Source of the DNA: Octopus vulgaris
Taxonomy: Eukaryota
Reading direction: 5' to 3'
NCBI GenBank assembly: GCA_951406725.2
Contig: OX597818.1
Coordinates: forward strand, 24,180,001-24,244,000
Length of the DNA: 64,000 nucleotides
In this document: piece by piece, positions 1 through 13,516 of the stretch
Position numbering within the stretch: position 1 is the first letter of the stretch
Layout: every line of letters starts with the position of its first letter
Notes under the pieces: model-generated
What the model was told of the DNA's origin: nothing
Database searches by the model: none
What the model saw: the letters and a program-made list of their open reading frames with translations, nothing else
Translations under genes and position numbers: made by a program

Positions 1-791
1 AGCAATGGTTGAGAAGCTCAGGACTCAAAGCAGAAACAGAGGGATTTTTAATTGCAGCACAAGACCAAAGCCTCCCCACCAGAAATTACCAAAAACATGT
101 AATGAAAAGAAATATTACAAGTAACTGCAGAATATGTGGAGATGGACAAGAAACAATAAATCATATTATCTCTAGCTGCCCAGTCCTGGCTAAGAAGGAA
201 TATATTCACAGACATGACAGAGTTGGAACCTACATACATTGGAAGCTATGCCAACATTATGGAATAACAACAGAAAAAAGATGGTATAGGCACACACCAG
301 AAAAGGTCACAGAAAATGAGAAAGCAACCATACTCTGGGATATGCCGATACACACAGATAGAGAAATTAAGGCCAACAGACCAGATATAGTTGTCAGAGA
401 TCATGAAGAAAAAAATGCTTTCTAATTGATGTATCAATACCGGCAGATGACAACGTGTCTCTAAAAGAAATGGAGAAACTCTCAAAATACAAAGACCTGG
501 AAATAGAGGTAACTAGAATGTGGAACCTGAAAACAGAAACAATTCCTATCATAGTAGGTGCATTAGGCATGATAAAAAAATATTCAGACAAATACATAAC
601 AAAAACACCAGGACTTGCAAACACATATAACATACAGAAAATTGCACTACTAGGCACTGCACACATCCTACGCAGAACACTTTCCATACAATAACCATCA
701 GAGCATCAGAACAAATCACAGCACATACCCAAGGCACACAGAGCTGCGCTCGGTAGTGAAGTGAAAGCACGCTATAAAAATAAAACTACTG
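1..791 (+). mobile_element. R4/Dong-type RLE non-LTR retrotransposon, 3' part (CCHC knuckle, RLE, 3' UTR), frameshifted near 420, cut by window edge
   Basis: ORFs 9-425 and 455-694 give CRICGDGQETINHIISSC (CCHC), RHD, ILWD, RPDIVV...(fs)LIDVSIP...KYKDL, IIVGALG. The element ends directly in a (TAA)n tract. Confidence 0.9.
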
Positions 792-884
792 AATAATAAT
801 AATAATAGTAATAGTAATAGTAATAATAATAATAATAATAATAGTAATAGTAATAGTAATAGTAATAATAATAATAATAATAAT

Positions 885-930
<46 letters not shown>
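792..930. repeat. (TAA)n/(TAG) microsatellite, target/tail of RLE elements
   Basis: Seen directly. Confidence 0.95.
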
Positions 931-1477
931 TGCAGTACCAGGCAATGGCTCTCATGGCTTCTGATCTTAACTGATTGGAAGTGTTATCATGTACATTGTT
1001 TTGTCTTGGTATAAAAGATGGGCTACAGCAAATATTCTGCTCAATACCACAAATTTGCTTCTCAGTTGTTTGACCATAACCAGTTGAGCATGTCCCTTAG
1101 TGGCTGACGATATGTGCATATCTGATCACGTGCAGAAGTAGTGGGGGAGCATCATAGCCATGTGTTGAGAGGGATTCTTTGGGGTTTGAACAATTCACCT
1201 CTGGAAACATGGGTGGTTCTTTAAACATCCTTAAACAACCCTTATTCAGGGACCTTTTGAGCGGGATGGGCTACTCAACCTGAAGAAAATTCTAACTGGG
1301 CCCCACTTGCAAGGTCATGTGCTGTTTATCTTGATATGAGATCACCATGTCGCGCACATATGGTTGTGATGCATGTGCCTGGTGTAACCTTATCAGACGG
1401 GTAGTATTGATGGGTATATTGGGCTTCGTATATTTTACCCCAGTGTCACTTTGATGGCATGCACTGCTCTCTCACTC
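931..1477 (+). mobile_element. Non-coding insert between two TAA tracts; probable 3' UTR fragment or non-autonomous partner of a TAA-targeting retroelement
   Basis: About 550 bp, higher GC than the surroundings, no ORF in the track, ends ctcactc(AAT)n, flanked by TAA repeats on both sides. Confidence 0.5.
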
Positions 1478-1521
<44 letters not shown>

Positions 1522-1523
<2 letters not shown>

Positions 1524-3015
1524 TTTAGGGATAAATGAAGGCTCTGGTATTCAGCATGCAAGCATGAAAGAGAAAATCAGGAAGGAATGTTATAGGAGAG
1601 TTCGTTCAGTCCTGAAATCTGAACTAAATGCACGTAACAAGGTGTTAGCTATAAATTCCTTAGCAGTTCCAGTTGTTACTTATAGCTACAATGTGTTGAA
1701 CTGGAATATGAGTGAAGTAAAGAATATAGATGCTGAGTTGTAATAGGATGCACCACCCAAAGGCAGACGTAGATCGCCTTTACTTTCCCAGAGCCCAAGG
1801 AGGTCGAGGCCTGATCCAATTTGAACTAGCTTACAAAACAACCACAATTGGACTGGCCAAATATCTCGAAATATCGAAAGACTGGATGCTAAAGCTTGTG
1901 GAACATCACGAGAGACGAAAGAAGCTTCATTCTATCATAAAGGAAAGCAAAAAATTTGCTATTGAACTCGTGCAGGATACCCAAACTGAACAACCCGAGG
2001 GAAGTACGGCAACTATTATTGCAAAGAAGGTGAAAATGATGGCAATGAAAAAAGCGCACGAGCAATTGGCTGATAGGTGGGAGGAGAAACCTCTGCACGG
2101 CAAATATGTGACCCGCAGCAAACAAGCTGATGTTGACCAGAAGCAAACCCATCAGTGGCTACGGAGCTCAGGGCTAAAAGCAGAGAGCGAAGGTTTCATC
2201 CTGGCTGCTCAAGATCAAAGCCTATTAACCCGGAACTACCAGGCCAATGTGATGAAAAATGGAGCAGACCCAAAATGCCGATTCTGCAACGACATGATTG
2301 AAACAGTGGACCACCTAATCTCTGGATGTAAAGTCTTAGCACCAGTGGAGTATAAATTAAGACATGACAGAGTTGGCCAATATCTCCACTGGCTAATAAG
2401 TCGGCATTACAATATCAAAACTGCCGACAAGTGGTATAATCACCACCCTGAGGCTGTAACTGAAGGAGAAAATGTAACCATTCTGTGGGACTTTCCAGTA
2501 CATACAGACCGAACCATCAAGGCCAATAAACCAGATATTGTTGTGAAAGACCAAAACAATAAAGTTTGCTTATTGATCGACATGAGCATCCCCTGTGATC
2601 ATAATATCTCAGCGAAAGAGTTTGACAAGCTCAGAAAATATAAAGACCTACTCATTGAAATTGAGAAAATGTGGCATCTCAAGGCGGTTACAATACCAGT
2701 GATCGTAGGAGCACTAGGAATGATCAAGAAGGGAACCGAAAATTATATGAGAATGATCCCTGGCTTACCATCCCTGCAAGAAGTGCAAAAAATTGTCTTA
2801 ACTGGTACATCACACGTATTGAGAAGAGCATTGTCGATGTGAGAACTGTTGCTGCTCATGTATTTTAATTTAACTTAAAAAAAAAAAAAAAAAATGAACG
2901 AACTACTGAGTTTGGTTTAATGGCCTACCAATGTATACTATGAGTTTCTTTGCCCTAGGAGTCGGGAAGACACTCGGCAAGAGATGGAAGCAGATTTGAA
3001 AGAAGAAAAAAAAAG
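1522..3015 (+). mobile_element. Second, distinct R4/Dong-type RLE retrotransposon, 5'-truncated at the end of RT
   Basis: From 1522 it reads YLGINEGSGIQH...AINSLAVPVVTYS, with a frameshift/deletion near 1730. ORF 1730-2842 follows: RLYFPRAQGGRGL, CRFC-x8-HLISGC, RHD, KPDIVV...LLIDMSIP...KYKDL. It is followed by (TAA)n/(GAT)n at 3016-3088. Confidence 0.92.
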
Positions 3016-4494
3016 TAATAATAATAATAATGATAATAATAAAAATAAAAATAATAATAATAATGATGATGATGATGATGATGATGATATGGGCTAAAAG
3101 TTTGATTTAGGTTGGCATGCAAAAGGATGACAGTGTGAATTGGATCAAGGTTTCAAAACAAAACTTCTTGTGGCTGTATTCTCAATGTGCCTTTAATTAA
3201 AGTGCCTTTAGGTGCTGTGTTATGGAATTGTTGATTAAAAAGATGAAGACAGCCTTAACATTTGAGGCCATAGTGAACTTTAAGTAAAACTAATTGAATT
3301 TGTTATCAGAGAGCAATTTATCATGTTATTTATAAGCAATATATTCAAATTATTATCTTCCTTCTCTATCACGTAAAGGTCCTCTGTGTCTCTCTAACTG
3401 CACTTCTCCTCTCCTTTCTAGTTAAGTTTCACTGCATGCAGACCAAGGTGGACATTAAATCAAATGGGTGTGTTGTGAAAAATTTGTTATTACTTTTTTT
3501 TTCTTTTGATGGCACTTAAAACATTTTGGGGCTTCTGAACAAAACAGTTGGCTGCTAAAATGAAATGAAAGATTTATACTCCACTGAAATAAGAATTTTT
3601 TGTTTTCATTTGATGAAAGTTAATAGAAATTTAGTTTCAAAAATTGTTTCGGGAAATTGCCATTGTAAAAGTATAAGGGTTAAAAAAATTACAAGATGGT
3701 CATTCAAAATGAGAGAGTAACTGAGAAAATTGGGATTGCACAAAGATTATCACCCAGGACCCAGAGAAATTCTGTAATACATAAATATTGTAATATATCC
3801 AGTCTTTGTATATTAGTCTAAACTGTATGATAATGTACATTTACAAATATCCAGCAGAATGCCTGAGAAATATTAATTCATTTATGTATTGGCAGAACAA
3901 CTGATCTTTCTTCCAAATTAACAAGTCAAAGAAATAACTGTCTAATCACTTGAATATTATCTACCCTCTTCTGTAAATCAGGTGACAGCCATCAAAGCAA
4001 GTACTGGATCTTTAATTTGACCATTGTCTGTGATAGAAGAAATCAAAGTCATCTTTGCTGGTTGATTAATGAGCCACTATTTAGCTTAGTAGTTGAAAAT
4101 GTTTTCTTTGAGATCAGAGACAAAACATGAAAGTGAAGAATTTTTAATGTTAGCTCTACAGAGGTTGAAAAGCTTTAGGTTAATTAGAAGAGTTTATCAT
4201 ATTCAGCTTTCTTCTGGAGTTAACTGTATGATGATTTTAAAGTAGGCAAGCTCCTATGATATGAAAACAAAATAACATTTATAGTTTCAACACTTTTATT
4301 GAAAATAATTTCTTTCTAGTTAATAAGTCAATATATCTCTCATTCAGTCATTAATATTTTACTCTGCTGTGTTTTAATATTATTGTTAATCAAGACCTTA
4401 TGCAATCAAATTGAGTTTGTAAATAGTGATTTACATGTTGACAAAACATGGAGCATAGGAATAAAAAAATGTATTATATTTCAACTGATACATA

Positions 4495-4532
4495 CTTACA
4501 TATACATATATATGTATATATATGTGTGTGTA

Positions 4533-4586
<54 letters not shown>

Positions 4587-4602
4587 CTCATACACACACA
4601 TA
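4495..4602. repeat. Compound (TA)n/(TG)n microsatellite
   Basis: Seen directly. Confidence 0.9.
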
Positions 4603-4869
4603 TACAGTTACCCCCCTCCCTCACCTTATAATTATTTAAGTTACACTTTTTCAATGTTATGTTACTGCTCTGGAAATATCAAAAAAATCTTGTAATCTTT
4701 TCATCATAATGATATGCTCCAATAGTACAGACAGAATAGCTTGATAACTTCAACAGGCATGAAGATGTTGTTGGCATTGCACCTTTTCTCTCTACAAATT
4801 CACTGCATCACTTTGTAATTTCTTTGATTATGCTTCTCAATTAATTTTTTTTATTTGTGTTATTTTTTA

Positions 4870-5005
4870 TCTTTTACTTGTTTCAATCATTGGATTGCAG
4901 TCAAAGCAAGGCATTGTCTTGAAGGATTTAGTTGAACAAATCAACCTCAGTACTTTTTTTCTTTAGTCTGGCATTTATTCTACCAGTCTCTTTACCAGGG
5001 CACTA
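4870..5005 (-). mobile_element. SINE 3' fragment
   Basis: Resembles the reverse complement of the SINE tail at about 48030-48140 (agtact...ccagcatgg...tgattgaaacaa). Confidence 0.45.
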
Positions 5006-6674
5006 ATTTCAAATATTTTCCCCAAAATATACTTAACAAGTGTAAAAGTGAGATTTATGCTGGTAGCAAAAAAAAAAAAAAAAAAGAAACAAGATTACAG
5101 ATATTGATTCAGCATGGTGGAGGAAAATCAATTCTAATGCTTACACAAAATTTTGATTTATCCCCAATCATTACCATTCTTGGGGATGAGTACCATATCT
5201 GTGATGCAGTAAAGGCATCTGAATTCTTTAAATCTACTGTCAGTCATGAAAAATGGATCTATGATGATTGAGAAAATGGAACAAATTCAGTCATATAAAT
5301 TGAGAACCAAATTCAAAAAAGAAGACTACTCAGTCTTTTAACTATACTGACCAAAACAAAGAGGCATACTAAGTTGCATTGAATGAAAGGAAAGTGCGTT
5401 GAAGTTATCTAGCTGTTCTGTCTATATAACCATATCAACTGAAATATAATACATTTTTAGTCTTATGCCCCATATTTCATTAACATGTTAATCATTATTT
5501 GTCAATGCATTCTGACTGCATAAGGTCTTGATTAACAATATCAAAACACAGAAATATTAAACCCTGTAAAATATTAACCACTGAATCAGAACATAGGATT
5601 CATGCATTTCTGCATCATTGCATATCATCAGGTATGGATATGGAATCATCATTGACAGCCACTAAAAACGTCTTTTATATTAGGACAACAAACAATATAT
5701 TTGCTGAGGTTCACAAAGCTTTGTCAAGCTGGAATTATTAAATTAAAGGTGTACTATGTAGCATCGAATGAACTATAGGCATGTACAATCATATTTAACA
5801 TGTTAATCTACACCCAGACATGGAAAGACATATGCTGAGGAAATTGTTTCAAGAGCAAAAATTCTCTTTATAAACAACATACATGTAAAACACACCACTG
5901 GGCTGTGAATGATATACTGGGTGTAGAGGGTGCGTGCATTTTGCATCAATGCAAATCATCAGCTACAAATATTGAGTCATCATTCGTAGCCACTATGAAC
6001 TTATTGTTCTTATATTAGAACATGTGACAGTACACACCTTTCTTTCATTTAATGCAACTTAGTATGCCTCAAATTAATTAATTCCTTCAGCATTTCAAAC
6101 AAACTCTTTGTTTTAGTATAGTTAAAAAACTGAGAAGTCTTCTTTTTTGAATTTGGTCCTCAATCTGTCTGACCGAATTTGTTTTATTTCCTCAATCATC
6201 ACAGATCTGCTTTCCATGACTGTTGATTTAAAGCATGCAGATGCCTTCACTGCATCATTAATATGGTACTTACCCTTAAGTTCTTACCTACAGAAAGTTA
6301 TGAGAAGAGCAAATGTTCTGGGAAGGAGGGATTGATTGTGTGGAGCCTGGAGATTTGGGAACAAGGAGTAATAAGAGGAGAAAGGACTAGTGACACTGGA
6401 GTTCCTGGGTAGCAGTTGCATGAGACCAACAACTTGGAAGAACAGAGGACATTATAGTACCAGTAGTAAAGGCAAGGAAAGAAGACAAAATGCCCGTGAA
6501 CTAGAAGCTGGAGCATATCTGAATGATTTTAAAGTAGCTAGGCAAGCACCATTTTTCTGATGAAGAACATGGGTAGATGTTTACTGTGGTATAAAACAGA
6601 GCAAGTCTATGAGGGAATTATGATCCAAAAAGGGAATCTGAGCAAATAAGGGCACCCCAATTCAATAAGAGAGT

Positions 6675-6840
6675 AGCTATGTGGCAGCTAGAAATAACAG
6701 TTCTCAAACCATACCACAGTGCCTTAAAAAAGGAAGGACATATTGAATAATTTAGTCCAAGATATGCAATATTCCATGGTTTTAAATGCCTTTGGTCATG
6801 AATCTGTTTGATCAGGGTTTATTTAGGATTAAGCAAAAAA
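6675..6840. repeat. Interspersed repeat family (also about 19150-19300, 52515-52720, 56860-57020)
   Basis: Shared motifs such as gctagaaataacag...aatgcctttg...gatcaggg appear in either orientation across the copies. Confidence 0.45.
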
Positions 6841-7247
6841 CAGCATCAAGTGAATATCAATACTGCAAAGCTCATTAAGTTTATAGAAAATCAAAGAAAA
6901 AATATATGTAACTGATCAACAATCATTTAACTATAGACACAAGGTGTACATGATGAACTTACGAATTTAAGATACTGAGGTGAGAGCAAAATAAAAATTA
7001 ATCATTTAGAATACAGCCTTTTATCATGAGATACTAACTGCATGGTTGTGGTTCACAGCCACATTCCAATGGATTTGAAAATCTTATCAAGCCATGAGAA
7101 GATCATTAATTTCCTAGAAAATCACTGCAATATATGAAATAACAAAAAGAAAAGAATTTTCATGGTGGAATGATAATCAAAACAGATATGCACGAAAGGA
7201 TCATTAAATATATAGAAAATCATGAAGAGCACTAAATTGACTGAAAT

Positions 7248-7345
7248 TGTGTGTGTGCGTGTGTGCGCACATGTGCGTGTGCATGTATGTGTATACACAC
7301 TTAGATATAGATACACTTATGTATGTATGTATGTATGCATGTATG

Positions 7346-7418
<73 letters not shown>

Positions 7419-7430
7419 CTATATCCTATA

Positions 7431-7512
<82 letters not shown>

Positions 7513-7640
7513 CATACTCACACAAATATACATATACACTCCCACACACATTCACAGTATGTACACATGTAATATGTGTGTGTGTGTGTGTGTGTATGTG
7601 TACGATTGGTGTGCATATCTATCTATCTATCTATCTATGC
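7248..7640. repeat. Compound microsatellite block (TG, TATG, CT, TA, CA, TATC)
   Basis: Seen directly. It explains the spurious YIYI/CVCV ORFs. Confidence 0.95.
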
Positions 7641-8498
7641 ATAGTTATCGCTGTGTAGTTAACAAGTTCACTTAAAATAATTGTGATTTAGATTTCAGTC
7701 TTATTGGATGGCATTTTGGGTAAATGTCTTCTACAGTAGTCCCTATTGAACCAATTCATTGTAAGTGAATTTGATAGATGTAAATTGTGTCAAAACCTAT
7801 TGTAATGAACTTTACAGGCATAAGACAATTTGTTTTAATGAAAAATTCACTATAACATGATTGCCATTGAATGAAAAAAAAAGTATATCTGAAATACAAG
7901 CATATGTACACATACACACAGATACACACACACATACACACACATACATACCGACATGTGTGTGTATTATGTGCATTATAAAATATATAAGAAAGAAACT
8001 GGCTAAGTTTTGACATTCATTTGTTTCATATTATAACTTGTATTGTATCTTCCCCTACCATCTGTTGCTGTTAAGTTATCAATACATCCCTCCATATGAC
8101 CATAATCAACCATCAGTTCCATAGGTCTCTCTCTCTCTCTCTGTATAATACAGAAGCCATTTCTCACCACCCATGTCAGATGTTGCTATCATACTAAAAC
8201 CATGCATCGATGACTAAGTAATATTAATATCCTAAATGCTTTAATACATGGTGTGCTTCCTTACATTATATGTCATCACTGAGTTATCACAAGAAAAATA
8301 TGACACAAACTAACCAATGGCAGTTAAGTTGTCTCTGTAATAAAGATGCCACCTTGTTTCCCTTCATTCTGCTTCTGAGTGTCCCAGAAGATGTCCATGA
8401 GATTTTAAGTAACACGAGGAGCCAAATCAACTTTTTACTAAATGAACACTTCCATTCATTTGTTCACTCACCTGTGTACATATGAGTGTGTGAGAGTT

Positions 8499-8566
8499 TA
8501 TGTATGTATGTATGTATGTATGTATGTATGTATGTATGTATGTATGTATGTATGTATGTATGTATG
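8499..8566. repeat. (TATG)n microsatellite
   Basis: Seen directly. Confidence 0.95.
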
Positions 8567-8589
8567 AATACATATGTATTTATAAAATA

Positions 8590-11500
8590 GATTACACCAA
8601 ATCTAAAGATCACCCATATATCAGGAACAGGACACACCAGCAACATCTTAATACCAGGCATGACCAACCCCACAAAACAACAATAGGATAAGAAGCACAC
8701 CACATACCAGGCATTACTACCCCATTACCCAAAACTACTGGTCCTTATCAAACAAAAGAACAGCACAAAATAACACTAGGTCAAGAAACACCCTGCATAC
8801 AAGAAATTTCAAACAAAAATATGCTGCATACAGAAATGTTACACACATCACTAACCAAAACACTCATAGACATCCACACACATACATAGCAATCTAAGGC
8901 AACAGTACCACCACTTCCCGGGACCAATTCCATACAACCTCACAGACAGCTCATACAAACAAAACTGCAACCAACATTTTTTTAACCCCAGAGCAGAGAC
9001 ACCAGGACACAAGTTGGAACCTGGTGATCAGGAAAAACCAAAGTTAATTAACTTCTCAACTAAAACTCTTTCAAGCACAAAGATAAACATCCTCTCAAAA
9101 GGGTTAAAATTCATCCCAACACCATGCAGAATCAACCAAAATGAAGTGAAGGACAGTATAATAGAATTCTGTAGAAAATTAAGACTCGCAGAAGCATTAA
9201 CCAATTACAATACTAAAGATGATTCACTAGTCAAAAACAAAAGTGAACCCCCCCCACCACCACCACCACAAAGGAAGAAATAAAAATCTTGATGAATCCT
9301 GCAACCACATTGAGAACTTTCCCTTCCACACCATGTATAAACAGAATATTACCTCAAACTTTAGCACTACACAATGGAAGGAACTAACAGAATTTCAAAA
9401 TAATGAAGATATAACGATTAAGGAAGCAGATAAGGGAAGTGTGGTGGTAGTAACGGACACATCATACTATAAAAATCTAGTAATCTCCATGCTTTATGAA
9501 AGTCAACATTACCAAAAAATCACAAAATACAACCCTCCAAAAATAATGAAAACCCTATTCTCACTAATTAAAACCTATGGAAAAGAACTGACAACCAAAA
9601 AATTGAGCATTTAACAAACTTTAAATGCAAACCTAGCCTATTCTATGGTCTACCAAAAGTCCACAAAAGAAAGATTATAAATGAAACCATAAAAAATCAC
9701 CAAAGACATACATACATACACCAGGGGACCTAAAATTGTGACCCATTATAGCTGGCCCAGTATGTGAAACACAGACTAAGTCTGTTTATGGACATCCTCC
9801 TGAAACCCTTTCTTAAACACATCAATAGTTATATCAGAGATGACTTAGACATGTTAATCACCTCCCAGAAAAGTCAAGGAAGAAACAATCATGGTTTCAT
9901 TTGATGTGATTAATTTAAATACCAGTATACCTCATAATTATGGACTAGAGGCAATTCAGTTCTGGCTGGACCAATATCCAGAAGAAATACCGGAAAGGAT
10001 TAGCAAAGAGTTCATAATTGAATCCATTGAATTCATCCTACTGAACAATCATTTAATGTTTGATAACACTTTTTATCAACAAAAATCTGAAATTGCCATG
10101 GGTACTAGGGCAGCCCTGGTCATTGCCCAACAATGGGTTATCTGGAAATAAGAATATACCAGGAATCTTTATCTACCTTTAGAAACTCTCTTTCCCAATA
10201 CATAAAAGAAAATTTGAAAAGATTCCTGGATGACTGTTTCATCCTTTGGAATGAAAACAGACAAACTCCTGGAATTCAAAAGATTATTGAACAGCATCAA
10301 CCCTAACATACAATTCCCGATGGAATACAACCAAGAGGAGCTCCCTTTCTTGGATATATTAGTTAAAAAAATAAACCTAAAAACAGAAACGGACACATTT
10401 TACAAAACCACAGACACCAAACGATATCTACTTTTTAATTCCTGCCACCCAAGACACACCGAAACAAACATCCCATTCAACCTTGCACCATAGTATCAGA
10501 AAAAAATATCAGACTTTAGACTGCAAGAACTCAAAAACACCCTCATTGACAGATACTACCCAGTCCAACTTATAGAGGATGGAATCAGACTTGCAACACA
10601 AATCGACATAAAAACCTTACGAAAAGTACAATACAGCAACACACCCTCCCTGAAAATACTGCTGAACATAACCATGTACAACCCCAGAAACAAAGAAGCC
10701 TTCACCATCATCACCCAAAATCTACCAATGCTACATAAGGACCCCAAACTAAAGGAAATTTTACACATACATAAGATCCTTGAAAGCCACAAACAACCAA
10801 AGTCACAAAGAAAGATCCTCACAAAGGCAAAATTATTTTCTAAAATAACAGATGCAAAAGTAAAAAAATGTGGTCAACCAAATTGTGCAACATGACTCAT
10901 CATTCTAGAAGGATCAGAATTCCTTATTAAAGAGGACAAAAATTCAAAATCAAATCTGACTTTACTTGTACCTTGGAAAACCTGATTTATGTTATAAGAT
11001 ACTTGGGCTGCCACCAGAATTACATAGAGTCCATGGGATTATCGCTCAGGCACAGATGTACTCTGCACCGACAGCAGATTGTGTTCCCAGAATACAGAAT
11101 GATACCCTTTAGTGAACACATTGACAGATGCGCAAAATAACTGCTACCACAATTTGTAATTTTTCCATTTTGTCAATGTGCTATTGGAATACCAATACAA
11201 GTTAGATTAAAAAAGGAAACCTACTTCATTGAAAAATATAAGCCAAAACTTAACCAGTTCTAGCATTTTCAAATAAGGAAACTTACCTCATTGAAAAATT
11301 GTGGTGTTATGAGCCAGGTTGTGTTGTAGAGATGGATCGGAAGTTAGGGAGTAGGCATGTACTGTTGGAAGTGGGGCCTGTGGGTCCTACCAGAAGTGCT
11401 GTGGTGGGCATGCTGCATCAGAGAAGCGTGAGAAGTCAGTTGGCAGTGGACAGCGCATTAGAGCAGATATGTGAGACTGTTCAACAATGGATAGCGTATG

Positions 11501-11780
11501 TGGATGTGGAGTGAACCTTGTAGATTGAGAGAGCACGTGGATGTTGAAAGTGACCCTTTTTTCAGACTGACAGGTAAGACTATCGCAATTCTATCTTCAC
11601 TTCTGTCTTTTTCTTCCTTTACATCATAAAAATATAAACCAGAACTTAACCATTTCTAACATTTTATTCTGTCAAAACCAAATCATGTTAAATTATAAAA
11701 CCTAATCATTCCCAACATTTTTTATTATCTTCCTTATACTGAAAATATCCCTGATTACCTCCCCCTGTTTCAAACTCATA
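8590..11780 (+). mobile_element. Penelope-like element (RT + GIY-YIG endonuclease), decayed
   Basis: Across frameshifts: LSKGLKFIPTP, IKEADKGSVVV, FYGLPKVHK, PIIAGP, VSFDVINLNTSIPH, AMGTRAA, FLDDCF, LPFLDILV, YLLFNSCHP, CGQPNC, then LIYVIRYLGCHQNYIES (GIY-YIG-like, about 10980-11030). Confidence 0.88.
11300..11628. mobile_element. Solo LTR (about 329 bp) with 5-bp TSD AAAAT
   Basis: Begins TGTGGTGTTA and ends TTACATCATA (imperfect inverted termini). AAAAT lies at 11295-11299 and 11629-11633. Removing it restores a repeat unit matching 11225-11268. Confidence 0.65.
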
Positions 11781-12169
11781 ATGAATAGATGACACAACAT
11801 CGCTAAAGAAGTTATGTTGTCTAGTTAGGTTGTGTCTAGTTGAATGCTTTAAGTATCCATATTGAGGGTTAAGTCTGGGAGGTAAATTTTTCCATTGACT
11901 GTTAGATGTTGGGGGTAGACTGATAGGTAGTGATTCCCTAGGTTAGTCTGGAGGGTTGGAAGGATCTTTTGATTTGTATGTAGGGGTCCTTGAAAATTAC
12001 GTCCGGATTTTCTATTACAAGCTGAATTCCTATTTGTTGTTTGAATGTTATTTTGGGGTTTAATAGAAGTTAGGCCGGTGGAGTCATGTCCCCTAAATTG
12101 TCTGTAGTTTGAGTGAGGTAAATGTGAGGTCATTTCTGCGTGGGTTTTTTTTTTTTTCAGGAGGGGTTA

Positions 12170-12175
<6 letters not shown>

Positions 12176-12223
<48 letters not shown>

Positions 12224-12280
12224 ATATATACATATGTATATATATATTTATGTATATATATATATATATATATATTTATA

Positions 12281-12318
<38 letters not shown>
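12176..12318. repeat. (TA)n-rich microsatellite
   Basis: Seen directly. Confidence 0.9.
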
Positions 12319-12321
<3 letters not shown>

Positions 12322-12662
12322 CAAGACAGTGTGTGAGAGAAAATTGTGATGTCACAAGAGAGAAATGTGTCTGCATGGATGATGGTGCACTTGCATTTAA
12401 TGATTCTGCAAAGAAACGGGCTTGGAGAAGCCATTATGAAAGGCTGCTGAATGTGGAGAATGAATGGGAGGAGGAGAGCCTGCCAAATGTTGGCTCAGTA
12501 GAGGGACCTGTTACCTGAATAGAGAGCACCCTGACAGATAAAGCAATTAAGGATATGAAGTCAGGAAAAGCTCCTAGTCCATCAGGAATCACTGCCGAGA
12601 TGCTTAAACTATCTGGTGGTGTGGGTTATGGCCTAGTCACCTGTGTTATGAACCAGGTAGTT
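12317..12662 (+). mobile_element. RTE-clade LINE internal fragment (pre-RT region)
   Basis: [18 protein letters not shown]...AIKDMKSGKAPSPSGITAEMLK. Confidence 0.8.
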
Positions 12663-12832
12663 CATTGCCAATCACTTTATAGAGTATATTGGATGCATTA
12701 TAACATGACACCAGCATTAAAGAGATTGCCTCCTCAAAGCTTGCAAAGACTGAACTAGGATCCTCAAGCAACATTCTTTGACTGCTTTTCACTTAGCCAT
12801 AACACCACAGAAAAGACTATATATTAGTCATA

Positions 12833-13516
12833 CGATATAGTGTATATTTAAACACATAGAGAATCCACTTATAGGGATTCTATGCATTAGAAAGAACAGC
12901 TAGGTTCTATGACCACAAAAAATTGGGATAAAAATTCGAGAGGAATAAATTTGGAAATGAAAAACATTTACCATCTAGTATCCTGGACCAATTGGTTTCT
13001 AATCATGTTTTAGCGAGTCATGGAGAACTTTTTGACTAAAATTTTTTTACACGTTAGACCACTGGAAATGTAAATTTTGATTGAATGCTTTTAATTTTAA
13101 TTAAATTCCATTTCCCTTTGATATGATTAAATATTGTAAGTTTTTGGATAATTTTCGGTTAATAAGTTGGCGGTTTTTTATTGTAGCCAACGAAGGACTG
13201 CGTCTGCGCAGTAAATTTGAAAAGTTAGTTCGTATAAACACGAGACAGGTAGCCTTGTTTGTCTCGTGTGGATATGTTTAACACTAGGTCGGACCTGCTG
13301 AAGAAAATCAAACCTTGTGAGTTCTCTATGACCCACTAAAACATGATTAGAAACTAATTGGTCCAGGATACTAGATGATAAATGTTTTTCATTTCCAAAT
13401 TTATTCCTGTCGAATTTTTATCCCAATTTTTTGTGGTCATAGAACCTAGCTGTTCTTTCTAATGCGTAGAATCCCTATAAGTGGATTCTCAATGTGTTTA
13501 AATATACACTATATCG
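12833..13516. mobile_element. MITE with about 200-bp terminal inverted repeats and TA TSD (Tc1/mariner-type target)
   Basis: 12833-13029 is the near-perfect reverse complement of about 13320-13516. TA lies at 12831-12832 and 13517-13518. Confidence 0.88.

Noticed and set aside
1103-1140. CTGACGA hammerhead half-core
   Set aside because: No matching GAAA or stems.
7122-8703. YIYI/CVCV/THTH ORFs here and at 4383-4639, 12140-12349, 27928-28276, 39781-40241
   Set aside because: Microsatellite translations.
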